From contig NC_135657.1 in the NCBI RefSeq assembly GCF_964188315.1, forward strand, positions 67,332,001 through 67,396,000: DNA of 64,000 nucleotides. Direction: 5' to 3'. Shown here piece by piece: positions 1-12,994 of this stretch. The notes under the pieces were generated by a model. The model did no database searches and was not told the origin of the DNA. It saw only the letters and a list, made by a program, of their open reading frames with translations. The translations under genes were made by a program, and so were the position numbers. Within the stretch, counting starts at the first letter, position 1. Each line of letters starts with the position of its first letter. This DNA is from Podarcis muralis (taxonomy: Eukaryota).

Positions 1-2445
1 CTCTTTGCCCCCCAAACATATTCAGTGCTAGTCCTACTCTGCGTAGACCCATTGAACTTAATGGAGCCAACTAACTACGGTTCATTAATTTTAGTTAGGC
101 TACTCTCAGTAGGAATCAGTTGAGTACAACACATAGGGCAGGAGGCACCTAATGTGACCCATCAGCAGAAGCCCAGCACAAGGACTTCCACTTGTGCAAT
201 GGGGCTTTCCCCACTCTTCTTCCCTACATGCCCATGCATCCCGCTGACATTGGCTTGGGGAAGGGAGGGTGTCAGGAGAAACCCCAGTACAGCATCATAG
301 TATGATGTTGAATTCCACTCTCAGCATGTATTTGCTCAGATGCTTCGCATTCCAGTAGAAAATGCCAAACAATCACCTAGTTGAATCCAGGACAGGGCAT
401 GTGTGTCTAATCCTCTATTAAATGTTTTGTTTGTTATTCTGCAAAGCATCTCTGGATAAACATCCTTAGCAGTGTTGAAAGTAATCCTCTCCAGAATTTT
501 TTTTATTTTTATTTTGAAGCTTTACACTACAATTGTAGAACTACTTCCATACTTAACAGAGAATTATCCTCTCTCACTTACATTTTCTGCACCATCAGAA
601 ATGCACAGCTCATTAGGACCTTCCGACTAGTTCATAAACAAAGTCTTGTATTGTTATCATTACTACCTAATTAAAATATATATAAATTGAGGATTTTATT
701 GCAGCCCATAAAGCTTCTGCTGCTGCAAGGTTATGCAAAAATTACTATTCAGATTTCAGCTGATTGTACTTTTCCATCTGTAGCACCATTATAAATTAAC
801 CTTAAATAATTCTACTGTCTCCAATTAAAATAAGTCTACTGAGAGAATATCCACAAACTAACAAGCGAACCTTTTTATTTGCAGAAACACCTTTCTGGGC
901 AATTGATGCATGTTATTTTAATAAGAAGTACTGCTATGCTGGCAATATCTCTGAAACATAAAATATATGCATTGGATTTTAGAGTGGTTTGGGCAGGGAT
1001 CTGTCCTTTAGTGTTGTATAAATGGCCCTGTACACTTGATGCTGCTATCAATAAATAATAACAACATCAACAACTTTTGCATAAAAGTTTATGCTGATCA
1101 CCTAGCTTGAGACAAGCTCATGGGAGAAAGCAAGGGCCTAATCATTTCAACATAAGCACTTCTTGGTAGCACGCTTGTTTCTCCAGCTCGCCTCATTTGA
1201 ATCTGAATTTCTGGGACAAATCCCAAGAAAGGTTCATGTCGTTCTGAGCTTTTTCTAAGCAAGCCTGGAACAACTCACGACATGGAAACTGACTCACAGC
1301 AGATTGAGCTGGCGTGACCCCAGCCTACGTACCCTGGCAAAGTGGCAGGAAGACCAGAAGCAGGGAGAAGAGACCCTGCAGGCATCTCCGATGCTTGACT
1401 ACCTGATCTTGACCTGAGCATTCCCAGCAGCTTTTCTTCCAGGAGTTGCAGTTTTGTTTTGCCTCCCTTGAGAATTTGGCAGGCGTCAAATTCAGCCAGG
1501 TTTGGACCCAGCTCCTAATGGGTTTTTGGATTTCCAAACTTGGAGATTTCATCTTCCAACCTATCCACCACCTCCATCCCAGTTCTAAAAGTTGGGCCCA
1601 CTGGAACAGTTAAGCACATTCTTATATTTCACCCACTTGATATCAATAGGAAGATGTAGTGCTTGTTTGGATAGTTTGCTGGCACGGGCGCATAATGACC
1701 ATGGCAGTTCTCATGGCAAATTAATGAGTTGTTTTTTGTTCTGCAGGAAGGAGGGAGTGAATTTAATGACACAGTGTATGTTATTCTGATGTTGCTCCTT
1801 CCATCTCTAACCATTAGCTCCCACAAAAATCATCTGTAAATGGCCTAATCAAGGACCATTTTCCCAACAAAAGAGAATGTACCAAGCTATGCACTTAACA
1901 GAAGGCACAGGGTGTCTACTTAATAATTTCAATGTAACAAAAGAAACTGGGTGTTGAACATGATCCCCCATGTAATAAAAGTTTAACAGAGGCACCTGAG
2001 CAGAATGATCAGCACAGAAACACAATTCATTGCATGAGAAAATGATTTGCTGCATGAAAAAAAGGACAGGACAAATATTACCTTTGTATGTGGGGCAAGG
2101 ACAAGTGGAGTGGCAGGTGGTGGTGGGGATTCACACATCCCTAGTTATTATATGTCATGTGTTTGAGTTATAGAAATGGAGCTGTACCAGCCCTGGGCCT
2201 CTTCTATTGTGTCATTTGGCTTTTATTTACAGAGCTATGTTCAAATCCTCATTTATACAATTAAAAAATTGGAAAGCTCATCAACTGTCAAAGGTACTGT
2301 ACTCAAGGCATTTCTCCCTCAAAAGCAGCGATGAAATGAATGAGCAACATTCAGTGAAATGGAGGCGATAATGATGTATTTTAGAGAACAGAATTAGACA
2401 GATAATCCCAAATGCTATATAATCTCCTTGAGGGTTGCATATTGT

Positions 2446-2632
2446 NNNNNNNNNNNNNNNNNNNNNNNNNNNNNNNNNNNNNNNNNNNNNNNNNNNNNNN
2501 NNNNNNNNNNNNNNNNNNNNNNNNNNNNNNNNNNNNNNNNNNNNNNNNNNNNNNNNNNNNNNNNNNNNNNNNNNNNNNNNNNNNNNNNNNNNNNNNNNNN
2601 NNNNNNNNNNNNNNNNNNNNNNNNNNNNNNNN
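2446..2632. other. Assembly gap (187 N)
   Basis: Run of n from 2446 to 2632. Confidence 0.98.
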
Positions 2633-3479
2633 ATACTTCATGAATTTGTGTGCTATCCCCTCATTGGGGCCCTGCTAACCTTTTCTATATTGTTCCAATT
2701 TCATTTTGTGCGCTGCCAAAGCAAGGATTCAATCTGTATAATTTTAAAAATTCTGTTTTCCAGACATCAAATGGTAGGTTTGTAGACCACATAATAATGA
2801 TTTGAATGGCATTTGATGAGCAGGTAATTCTATGATGAGCAGAACAGTCAAGTAAGATTCAAGCATCTTCCATTTCCTGGAGTCTCTGAGTCACATTAGA
2901 CAAGATAATTACTACCAGCACACTATGCAGCCTCATTTTTCACATAGTAAAGATTTAATGTTGAAGTTGTTGTTATTTAACTAGTTTTTCTATTATTCTG
3001 TAAGTAGCAGGGGCTTTGTGTTATATTTTTTAATCAGTTATATTTTTGCATAAATGTAAAAGGGTTAGGTGCTTTCAAAAGTGATGCAAGGAACACTGCG
3101 GGGGTTTTTTAAATCAAAAAAGCAAAAAAACCAGAATATATACTTAATGCAGCATTTAATGTAGGAAGCAAGTATACTTAACCTAAAAAGCCATGGCAAT
3201 ATGACTTATTTAATCTTCGTGTTGGGTGTGCATTTCCCAGATCTTGGAAAAGAGCTGCTATTTAAGAGCAACGCTATGGTTCCATCACTATTATCACAAC
3301 TTTTGGTAATGATAAACATAGTACTGATCTCATATGATGGTATCATAGCTTCCACTTGTCATAATACTTCTGTGAGCATCAAAAGACTAATGTCTGAACA
3401 TGCATATTGCAGCATGTGTGACAATGAGTTGGGTTTTTTAAAACAACTTTTTAATGGAATTTTTGTTACATACGAAAAC

Positions 3480-4236
3480 ATGTATGCTGATGACACTCAG
3501 CTCTACTTCTCCGTAACTTCTGAATCAGGAAACCAGGCAGTCCCTGAGCCACTGCCAGGACTCAGTGCAGGGGGGTTGAAATCTGAGCTTGGATCCTGAC
3601 AAGGTGGAAGCACTGTGAGTGAGTAGCTCCTGTGTGCGAGAAATTGGTTAGTTCCCTACCCTGGATTGGGTTGCTCTCCCTAGGGATGGTCCATCCCATT
3701 TCAACACCTGAGAAAAAATGGGAATTAGTGCCTCCTGCCCCCTGCCTGCTGTGCCCCACTTCTGCAGTCACTAGGCCCTGGTTCTCACCAAACTCCATGG
3801 GAGCATGGGTGCTCCTTCAAGTGTTGTTGCTCATTTGGCTTCTCTGCCCAGGGGTGGGGTAGTCAAATGGCTATACTGCATGCCAGAAAGACTCCCTCTC
3901 AGTGGCAGAAGCAGTGGGGCAGGCAGAGTGCCACCTCTTCCACAACTGCCACCTGAGGCAGGTGCCTAACCCAGTGTCATGGGTAGGCTGGCTCTGTCAC
4001 TCCCTCTGATGGAGCAGGTGTGCAGTTTGGGGATGCTTCTGGGTCGGTCACTGGAGGCTCAGGTAATCTCAGTGGCTAGAAGTGCCTTTGACCAACTGTG
4101 ACTGGCTTGATAGCTACAGCCATTCTTGGACCGAGAGAGTCTGGCCACAGGAACTGATGCACCGGTTACTTCGAGACTGGATTATTGCAATGCACTCTAT
4201 GTGGGACTTCCATGGTGTTTGATCCAGAAGGTGCAG
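3480..4236 (+). mobile_element. Old L2-clade LINE ORF2 fragment (RT region), interrupted by a hAT-like MITE at 3681-3996
   Basis: MYADDTQLY motif at 3480; downstream 'acttcgagactggattattgcaatgcactctatgtggg' encodes SRLDYCNALYVG, as in the younger L2 copies at 39.3-39.8 kb and 43.5 kb; many stops/frameshifts. Confidence 0.85.
3681..3996. mobile_element. Degraded hAT-type non-autonomous element inserted in L2
   Basis: Flanks gctctccc (3673-3680) and tcactccc (3997-4004) resemble an 8-bp TSD; ends tagggatggtccatccca / tgggtaggctggctctg are degenerate inverted repeats. Confidence 0.5.
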
Positions 4237-6716
4237 GGAAGGAAAAGAAAAATGGAGGCAGGTATAAACTAGGAAAGGATATGTGATTGTTTCAGTCACA
4301 CATGTGTACTACATGGCTACAGGTTTAATTGCAGTAGCAGGGTGGGAGAACTAAGGAACTGAGCCAAAGAAAATATTTGAAGAGCTATCTGAAGAAAGTA
4401 AAAGAGGCGTTCAGAGCGGCAGTTCCAAGCAGCAGAAGAAGCAAGGGAGAAAGGGCAGAGTCTTTTGAAGGAGGTGAGGACCTTTGGATCCCTGAGAGTG
4501 GTGCAGCTAGATGCAAGAACCACCGAAAGCTTTGAAAATAAGGATTAGGAGCTGATGGTGGATCTGGGAGCAGGCAGGAATCCAGCAATGGCATTTAATG
4601 AGGGGTGTCTAAAGAACAGAGTGATGAAAGGAGACCAAGATGCACACAAAAAAGTAAACACATACACTTCTTCTGTGTGCATCATTATCAGCCATGAGAC
4701 TATGCAGCATATGCTATGAGCTATGAGCATATCCAGACATAGTTAATACATGTTTAGGTAGAAAGTTTAAAGAACACACACAGGTTGGCTGTAATCTCTC
4801 CCCTTCCATGGTTTTCACTGTACTGTATACACATTCAGACAAGTGGAAAGTGGTGCAGTATGGCTGAATCAGGAAAAAAATAGACTAGAATGTGATCCAT
4901 CAGTAGCAGCCGGTGCGCCATACTGGCAGAACCAGTTTGATTGGCTGGTTAGCTATCATAAAAAGGGAAAGTAATCCCCCCCTTTCTTTAGTCTTATGGA
5001 CCTTAGAAGTCAGCCAGTCTCAACACAAATGAAAGTAAAAGGCAAATTTTAATCTGCAATCTTTGAATAGCAACACAGAAAGACAGTCAGAATGCTGAAG
5101 TTGGGAAAGTAGGACAACCAAATTCTAACGAAAGCTGCCACTCAGATGTGAACAGAAAGTAGAAATGAAGTTTACAAGGTAATTTGTAACTGCCAAATCA
5201 GGAGCAGCATGACATTGAACAAGCTGGTGCCAATATTGCTCTCATATTTGGGCACATCTCAGAGCATTAATTGCATCAGTGGCAGTGATGGGTCCTGCAG
5301 CTCAATTGTCCATTCACTTCCATGGTGCAGAGACCCTCATGGAAACGTGGAATTTGCAAAGACCGAGATCTAATGCTTGGGGAAACAGGCACTGTCATTT
5401 CCTTCACTTCACAACTCCTAGAAGAGAAACATATCCCTCTCTTCTTATACTGTTGCCTGAAAGTACAAAGCCCATCCAGCTGGTTCTTGCATCTTGTGAG
5501 AAATCATCCACCACTTGTGAGAAATCATCTCCATACAAGGGGTATCTCTGTGGAGACGATATTTTGGGTGATGATCACAGCAGCTTAAAAAGAAGGTCAT
5601 TCACAGCCCTTGCTGCAAGGATAGCCTTTGATGTGATGGTGTTACACTCTCCCCTCTTTTCCAGGCAATGAAAAGTTCCAGGGGCGCAGCACTTGCTGAG
5701 GTTTGTTTCTTTGGAAAGAGGCCACTGAAGTTTTTGGTGTTTTGCAATAATTGATTATTCACAAATATACAGGTTGAACATAGATAGAGGCATGGTTTAA
5801 GCACTCCCAATGGACAGCAAAAGCTACTGTCCCACATCCGATCTCCAAAGACTTTTCCTAGCATCTTCCTGTATCAAGAAGCAGACCATAATTCTGGGTT
5901 GAATAACTTGGACTGTTAATCCTAACAAAAGTTGTGCCTGGAAACTTGGCCACTTAACCCTCTCCTATCCAAACTCTGAATCTTAGAACAATATTTTGGA
6001 CAATCCCATGCAATCATTGTTACACCTGGCCACAGGTACTTGCATTACATATAAACTGGCCAGAGCTTTGAAAATTCTTGAATGTCTCACATTAAATAGA
6101 ATAAATGAAAAGAAGCAACACTGAACAAATAAAGAGAATGAACACTGGACAAAATTCCAGATCAGCAACTTGTATCACAAACCTAAACATGTCTGCTTAA
6201 TAGTAATCCCTCTCAGGTAAATAGCTATAGGATTGCCACCATAAGCATTCCTCCATCTCAAGATGCACACTTGTAATCCAAACCATTTTCTTGGATGTTT
6301 TGCATTATTTGGTTGAGTTATTCCTTCTCAATTTGCTCACTTGATTCTTCTGGTCACGGTAGAGAATGTTTTATTACTTGATTAGGATGTACTTCCCCTG
6401 AGATCTCAAGGATTGGTGGCTAGGAAGAAATTCATGCTGCTGTAGTTCCTTCTTTTCAAATGCATTCTGGGCCAATAACACATCTTGCTCTTGATTTCTT
6501 CTGTGCCCAGCAGCATCCTAGTGTTAAACAATGGAAAACAATAGTGCCATTTCCCTTTTAACCCCACATTTCCTGCTTAGGGAAAGGGAGTGATTCCTTC
6601 TTCCTTCTGCAGTTTGCACATTAGCAGTCCCTTCTTTCTAGATATCCAACATCAAGAAAAGCAAGTCCCAGTGGTTACCTTTCCTAAAGAGACTTATATT
6701 TTCCTAAAGACAAAAA

Positions 6717-6762
6717 CAGACAGACAGACAGACACAGACACACACACACACACACACACACA
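6717..6762. repeat. (GACA)n/(CA)n microsatellite
   Basis: Direct reading. Confidence 0.95.
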
Positions 6763-7614
6763 ATAGCTTGGAAAGGCTTGTCAAAGCATAGCAAATTAAG
6801 ATCAAAGCCGTAATAAGGAAAATAACAAAGTCATGCTTCTGTATTAAAAGCGAGTTAGGGACAGTGAGACATTTTTATGGTACTTGGCAATGCATGCCTC
6901 AGTCCTGATGAGACCAGCAAGATGTAACTGCAAGTCTAATCCCCTTGGTGTATTTGAAAATGTAACACTGAGAACTTGGCTATGCACAAAGTACAGGGAC
7001 ATTCATATAGACAAACACTTTTTTTTAGTGGAAAGGCTTTTTGACAGTGAGCAATAGGAGATCCAATGGCATCAGGTGAGGCATTCTAAATAGGCTGTCA
7101 TCTAACATGGTTACTTGAAAAACTCCACTCCGAATGGATTAAAATCTATATCTGCAACTTTAGCTGACTTACAGGACTCTTCTGTAGCAGTGTGCTCCTG
7201 TTGCTGCCAGACTGATTGTTGATGCAGAAGTGGTGCTGTGTAATAATATGAACCTTATTCAATTGTGTACAAGGGCACAGGGAAGGACTGGCTGAGGTCA
7301 CATCTACTGGCTCCGGCTGCAGCCTCAGCACATTCAAGTGTGTCGTTTGCTCTGACCCCTATGTATATACAGCCAAATGTGCATAGTATGCATCAGCAAT
7401 GGGGAGCCTTTGGCCTTCAAGAAGTTGTTGAACTCCATCAGCCCCAGACAGCATGACCTAATAAAAAGAGGAATGTGCTCAAAAGAAACCAGAGACCTGT
7501 TGTCATCTGAAAAGAGAAGGAAGGAAGAGATTAAAGGAGGGCAAACAGGCACCAACTGGGAACTTTCAAATGCACAGAGGGAATGTGAAGGAATCAGGGT
7601 GGAGAGACTTATGG

Positions 7615-7767
7615 GGAAGAGCTGTTGCTCAGTGGTAAAGAATCTCTTGCGGCTTCCAGTTCCTGTCCTGTGCCATGGCGATAGCTCTCTCGACATTGGA
7701 GAGAGGCTCCTGTACTTGGTTGGCCAATGGCCAGATTCCATATAAGGCCGCTTTCTAAGTTCCTAAC
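7615..7767 (+). mobile_element. Degraded tRNA-derived SINE (Squam2-like)
   Basis: A-box-like 'gctcagtggtaaag' head and 3' 'tataaggccgctttctaagttccta', matching the ends of the copies at 49.5-49.9 kb and 51.4-51.5 kb. Confidence 0.5.
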
Positions 7768-8126
7768 TTAACTCAGGTGAAGAGGGAATCCTATGGAGGG
7801 CAAGTAGGAACTTCAGAGTGGGAAAAGAACTTACTTCTGGTGTAACAAAGCAATATTTCTGGGAGAGGAATTCCTAGGAGTGCAAGGCTGTCAAATACTA
7901 GCCCTGATGGCTCTGTTCTGCCTCCACAGGCAGAAATGCTTCTGAATATCAGTTGCTGGAAACCATGGGAGGGAAGATTGCTCTTGTACTTGCAGTGGCG
8001 GATCTTAGGAGCCTCATATTTCAGCAGCACCCCATCCAATGCCAAAATTCCGTGCTCCTGCACCTCTCTGCATGCAAGACTCCATGCCCAGCATGACCAA
8101 ACTGATCACATTTCCCTAAATCCACC

Positions 8127-8237
8127 TCTCGTGCTTGGGTCCTGCTTACGGGTTTCCCACAGGCATCTGGTTGGCCACTGTAAGAACAGGATGCTGCCAC
8201 TGGCCTGATCCAACAGCCTCTTTTTGCATTCTTACAT
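8127..8237 (+). mobile_element. Old CR1-type 3' end fragment
   Basis: 'gggtcctgcttacgggtttcccacaggcatctggttggccactgtaagaacaggatgctg...ttcttac'; the same motif recurs at ~10270-10760, 14450-14555 and 48672-48720. Confidence 0.6.
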
Positions 8238-10319
8238 TTTTATGAAGAGTGCCAATGTCCTCTGCTTGGTGAACAAAAGGAATGGGAAATGAAGAGAATG
8301 GGATGCCAGTGGTTTTTTCCTTATCCCATTATGGGTTGTGAGTATAAAAGTTTGTGTTTTTTGCATCCTTCAGGATGTGGGTGCCTCACCTTAATGGGTG
8401 CTAATGCATTCAATGTGAAGGTTTCACAATGCTTCCTGTATGATGCTATTGCTCCTTAGGGCTCTAGGAAGCCTGTCCATAGCTATGTCATACAGCTTAA
8501 TTAGATTGGAACCAGTGAGAGGAAGGCTTGTTTGCATTCTTTGTCGGCTGAACTGAAGTGGAAACTACTCCCATGGTCCATGGTCCTAGGGAACAGCCAA
8601 TGTAACCTTGCTGCTTGCATGCCCTTTGTGACCAGTCCTCTGCTAGATCACTTTTCCAGACAAAAATATAAACTTTTTGAGTCAAGGTGCTAGAGAAACA
8701 CGCAAGGCAAAGAAATGTGCTCCCTTGGCAACAAGATCTACCTGTGTAAAAACAGAGCAGCGTTCTGTATCCAGCTTAATGATTAATTATAACCAATTAA
8801 AATTATATTGGTAATGTATGTTTCATTTCAGGTTAAACAACATATTTCTGAGAAATGTTCCTATAATTGGATCCAGGGTGCATGGAAGCGTTGGGATGTC
8901 AGACTCACTTTTGACACCACTGGTTTAGTGAGGCATAATCATCTGAAAATACTTGACAAGCTTTCTTAACAATGGAAGTAATTAAATCTTCCATGGTTAG
9001 GTAGGATAAATGCATTAAAAATGACAGCTATTATTCCAAAGTGTTTGTTTTTCTTTCAAACAGTACCTGCGTATAAAACTTTCCATATACTGGCCAAAGG
9101 TTTTTATATATTGGCAAGCCGCGCTTCCCCAACCTAGTGCCCTCTAGACCTTCCTTGAGTATGAATCATTCATTTTGTAATGTATATTGAAATTGTGCGA
9201 CTTGGTGTTTTTGAATCTTGGTGTATGTCTTTATTTCTATTACACACTTCACTTCTTATAAATAAGTACATAAATAAAAATAACTTGGGAAATGCCACTT
9301 TGTCTGCTGATATAAAAATATTGACATGTATTTGTTAACAACAATGAAAGCTACCATGGCTGGTATGTGGAGTGCTTTTGATCTAACGAGGTTCAGTGGT
9401 TAGCTGAAGTGTGGGGCTAACTTTTAGGCAGACAATTAGCCCATCAGAGATTAATGGATTCAGGTAACTGTAGTCTGAAAGCTTTTGTGCAATGGCTCCA
9501 GTTTGTAATTCAGGCAGGAAATCAAGTTTTGTACCTTGCCAAGCCGCCCAAATATCATTAGTTTAGCTTATTGATCTTTTGACAAATTTCTAATATCTTT
9601 CCAGTTCTTAGACATCTCTTTCTGTTTTCCTCTACAGATACTTGCATGATGGTGGAGTCATCTGTTTGGTACATAATGACTCATAAGCTAATTTTTCTTG
9701 TTGCTTTTTAAATCACAGTTATTATAGTTTCATTGTGTTGTGTAAGCATTTATTTTATATTTTGTATTGATTTGCTATCTTGCGCTGGTGATGTATCCTT
9801 TTTTTTAATTGCTGCTTGCTAAAACTACAATGAATAAAATAAGTGACAACAATTATGTCCAATGAAAGGAAGAGGTGCTATAATCATAAGGCCCGTCTTA
9901 ATTCAGCAACCAATATCAGAGCTAATGAGGTAAGGGGGAAGTGTTTTGTTTTTTTACAAAAAGGTAATGGCCATATATGTAAACATTCCGATAATAAACC
10001 CTTAAAGGCCAAATCCTCTGTAGTGCATTTCAAACACATGTCAAATGTGTTTTGACACAAAGGTCATCATCAGTGGCCTAATATAACATCACAGAAACTG
10101 GGTGTGACAGATCTGTTAAAAAAAAAGAAAAACATTGATAGGTCAGCTCTTCTAGAATTAAAAACACACAAAAAAACCAATGAGTTAATACTCCCTAATA
10201 GGCTGCATGCTACTTCTACAGACAGCATGTCTCTAAATAGTAGTTGTTAGGGATGACAAGTGGGGACACTGCTCTTGCGCTCATGTCTTGCTTGTGGGCT
10301 TACCAAAAGCATCTCTGAG

Positions 10320-10717
10320 CAGTGCCAGATTTACGTATAAACAAGGTATAGCTTAGGGCCCCACTCTCTTGGGGGCCCCAAAAAAAATTAAAGGGAAGAA
10401 AACTGGATGTACAAATAAAATAAAACCTACGTACAGCAACAGTGTTTTGTGTTGTGTAGGGTCCTATGATGTAAGTAATGGGCCCCGCCTGCTAGCCTGC
10501 TCCCTAAAATATCACTGGTTTGCTCATTTCTATATACAGGGTGCCTACATTCTTCATGTGCAAATGGCTTTAGATACCTATTAGGTCCATAAATTACCAT
10601 CATATATTCAACACAAAAAACAGCGACAATTTGTTGTTGACAAAGGACAGCTGGACATATAAAGGGCCCCATTACCTTCAGTAGCTTAGGGCCTCATCAA
10701 ACCTAAATCCGGCCCTG
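10320..10717. mobile_element. hAT-type MITE (~400 bp) inserted into a CR1-type 3' end fragment
   Basis: TIRs cagtgccagattta / taaatccggccctg (12/14); degenerate 8-bp flanks tctctgag / actcggac; host repeat continues on both sides. Confidence 0.75.
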
Positions 10718-11100
10718 ACTCGGACAACAGGATGCTAGACTAGGTGGGCCTTTGGTCTGAACCGGAGGACTCTTCTTATGCAATACTTACGTAATTAAAT
10801 CAGTGCTTCAGTGTAGTCCTGTGGACAGGGAGAAAGACCATAATCTAGCTTCCACTAACCATAGGTGCAATAGGTGGCTATGAGCTGATTTCCAGGCTAC
10901 TGTCATCTGCATTTCCAACATTAAAGAAACCCTCAAAACCCCATTTCCGCTGTTTTCTTTTGCACTGGAAACAATGTGAGGGAAAGAGGGTTGAGAAATT
11001 TAGAAAGGATGCCTAATTTTTCTTCTGGTTTAGGGGCATGCCAGGGGACTATGAGGACTTAGGATCTTTTAGAGTCCATCTACTTCCTGGCATGCCTCAG

Positions 11101-11107
11101 CACACGC

Positions 11108-11142
<35 letters not shown>
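11101..11142. repeat. (CA)n microsatellite
   Basis: Direct reading. Confidence 0.95.
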
Positions 11143-11144
<2 letters not shown>

Positions 11145-12752
11145 AGAATTCCCTCTTTGGGGCATTTCTGATATCGGAGTTCTGACACCAGCTGGACACA
11201 CGCTTTGGAGGTGTCAATAGCATTAGAAAGGTAAGCTCTTCTGAGATCAGATATCCCTCGCTGACACTGTGGTTCTTCCAGTAACTCTAGGATTACCCTC
11301 TTAACGAACTGCCTCCCAATACTTTTTTGAAAATGAAATAATTAAGAACTGTAAAGCAATTATTCGAAAAGATATGCTACATCAATAGTAATAACCAAAT
11401 GTTCCCTCTAAATCCATTACCATTACAAAGCCTCAATTCCCAAATTGTATGATCTACTGCAGCTAGTAGCCCATAAACCATTTGCTCTGTTCCATCTTAA
11501 TCTGTTTTGTTAAGTTATCACATTTTATGCACAGTTTTCTTTTTTACTTCAGCATAACAATCAATACTTTCCCCCACTCTCTTCTTTTATTTGCTGCTTC
11601 AGTTATTCTGGCTTCTTGTCTGTTTTAATGAAAACTTTGTTTCATTTCAGAGGCTGAATTCTCAGCATTCACAAATGATGAGGCTGGCTCTCATCTCAGT
11701 TCTCTTCTAAATTAAGGGCCAGTTTAAAGGAATCTCTGGTCAACCATCCTATAAAAATACTTGATAATGAGTAATCAGCAAGCACAAAGTCATCTATTGA
11801 ATTCAATGGGCCTACTCTAAGCCCCACTGGATGCAGTGGGACTTGCTACCACAGGACTGCACAGTTAATCAGGATTGGGGGCTTTGCTTTGCTTTTTCTA
11901 CATCTCATATCTGTAACTCTAGCATAATGGCAGCATTAGAGAACTTCCATTAACAACATTCATGTATGCAAACAAATAACAATTCCTTTTCAAAGACCTA
12001 GGCTTGTTTTTAGTACTGTGTTTGAAAACCCACAAGTTTTAGGGTTTGGATGTGACTGGCACTCACTAAATGGTGCTGATGATCTACTCCACTTTAATGC
12101 ACTGCTTAGAACCAACTTCTCCAACCACTCTGCTCTTGAGGTTCCCTTCTTCCCTACACATATTCAATGCTTTTCATGGCAAAGTGACCATGGCCAGATA
12201 CTGAGAGAGAAGGTCACAGGAGAGAGTGAGACAGAGAGAAACCCTACAAATATACTGAATATGAGCCGGTGCAAACATCGTTGCAACTGGCAAATCCTCA
12301 TGAATAAGCTTTTCATGCAGGAGGTCTACTTCTTTGAACAGTATAATAATAAAAGAGAAGAACTTAATCAAAATTGTGGTTTCTCCTACATGAATGGGAA
12401 TATTTCACAGGAACATAGGATGCTGCCTTTTACCGAGTCAGACCATTAGATTAATCCAGGGTCCAGGTATGGGGAGCCACTGGCCCTCTTTCCCTAGAAA
12501 GGCTGCATGGCAGCCAAAGTTTCTCATTAATAATGGGGGAAATGTGACAATTAACCCAACAACTTCCACAGTACACACACATAATCAAGGCAAATGTAGA
12601 ATAGTCAAGATAGTAAATCTCTATCTGCTGTGAATCTTAAATAAACAAAAACAACAACAACCTATAATATCTACTGCTCTTTTTCTGATGGCATGCATCA
12701 GGATGAAGTACTAACATCTCCATCCTCCCCCCAACACACACACATTAAAGTA

Positions 12753-12994
12753 CAGTGGTACCTCAGGTTACATACGCTTCAGGTTACATATGCACCAGGT
12801 TACAGACTCCGCTAACCCAGAAATAGTGCTTCAGGTTAAGAACTTTGCTTCAGGATGAGAACAGAAATCGTGCTCTGGTGGCACGGCGGCAGCAGGAGGC
12901 CCCATTAGCTAAAGTGGTGCTTCAGGTTAAGAACAGTTTCAGGTTAAGAACGGACCTCCGGAACGAATTAAGTACTTAACCCGAGGTACCACTG
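12753..12994. mobile_element. Tc1/mariner-pogo (Tigger-like) MITE, copy 1
   Basis: TA TSD on both sides (12751-52, 12995-96); 18-bp TIR cagtggtacctcaggtta / taacccgaggtaccactg; internal tcaggttaagaac repeats; 16 bp longer than the copies at 40268 and 52844 because of an extra caggttaca unit. Confidence 0.92.

Noticed and set aside
2381-2785. ORFs spanning 2381-2785
   Set aside because: Artefacts of the N gap.
5493-5529. Short tandem duplications (also 27451-27494 and ~16688-16710)
   Set aside because: Ordinary slippage duplications of 13-22 bp with no further structure.
12018-12449. 143-aa ORF
   Set aside because: TTG/GTG-type start call, no recognisable domain or coding-like composition.
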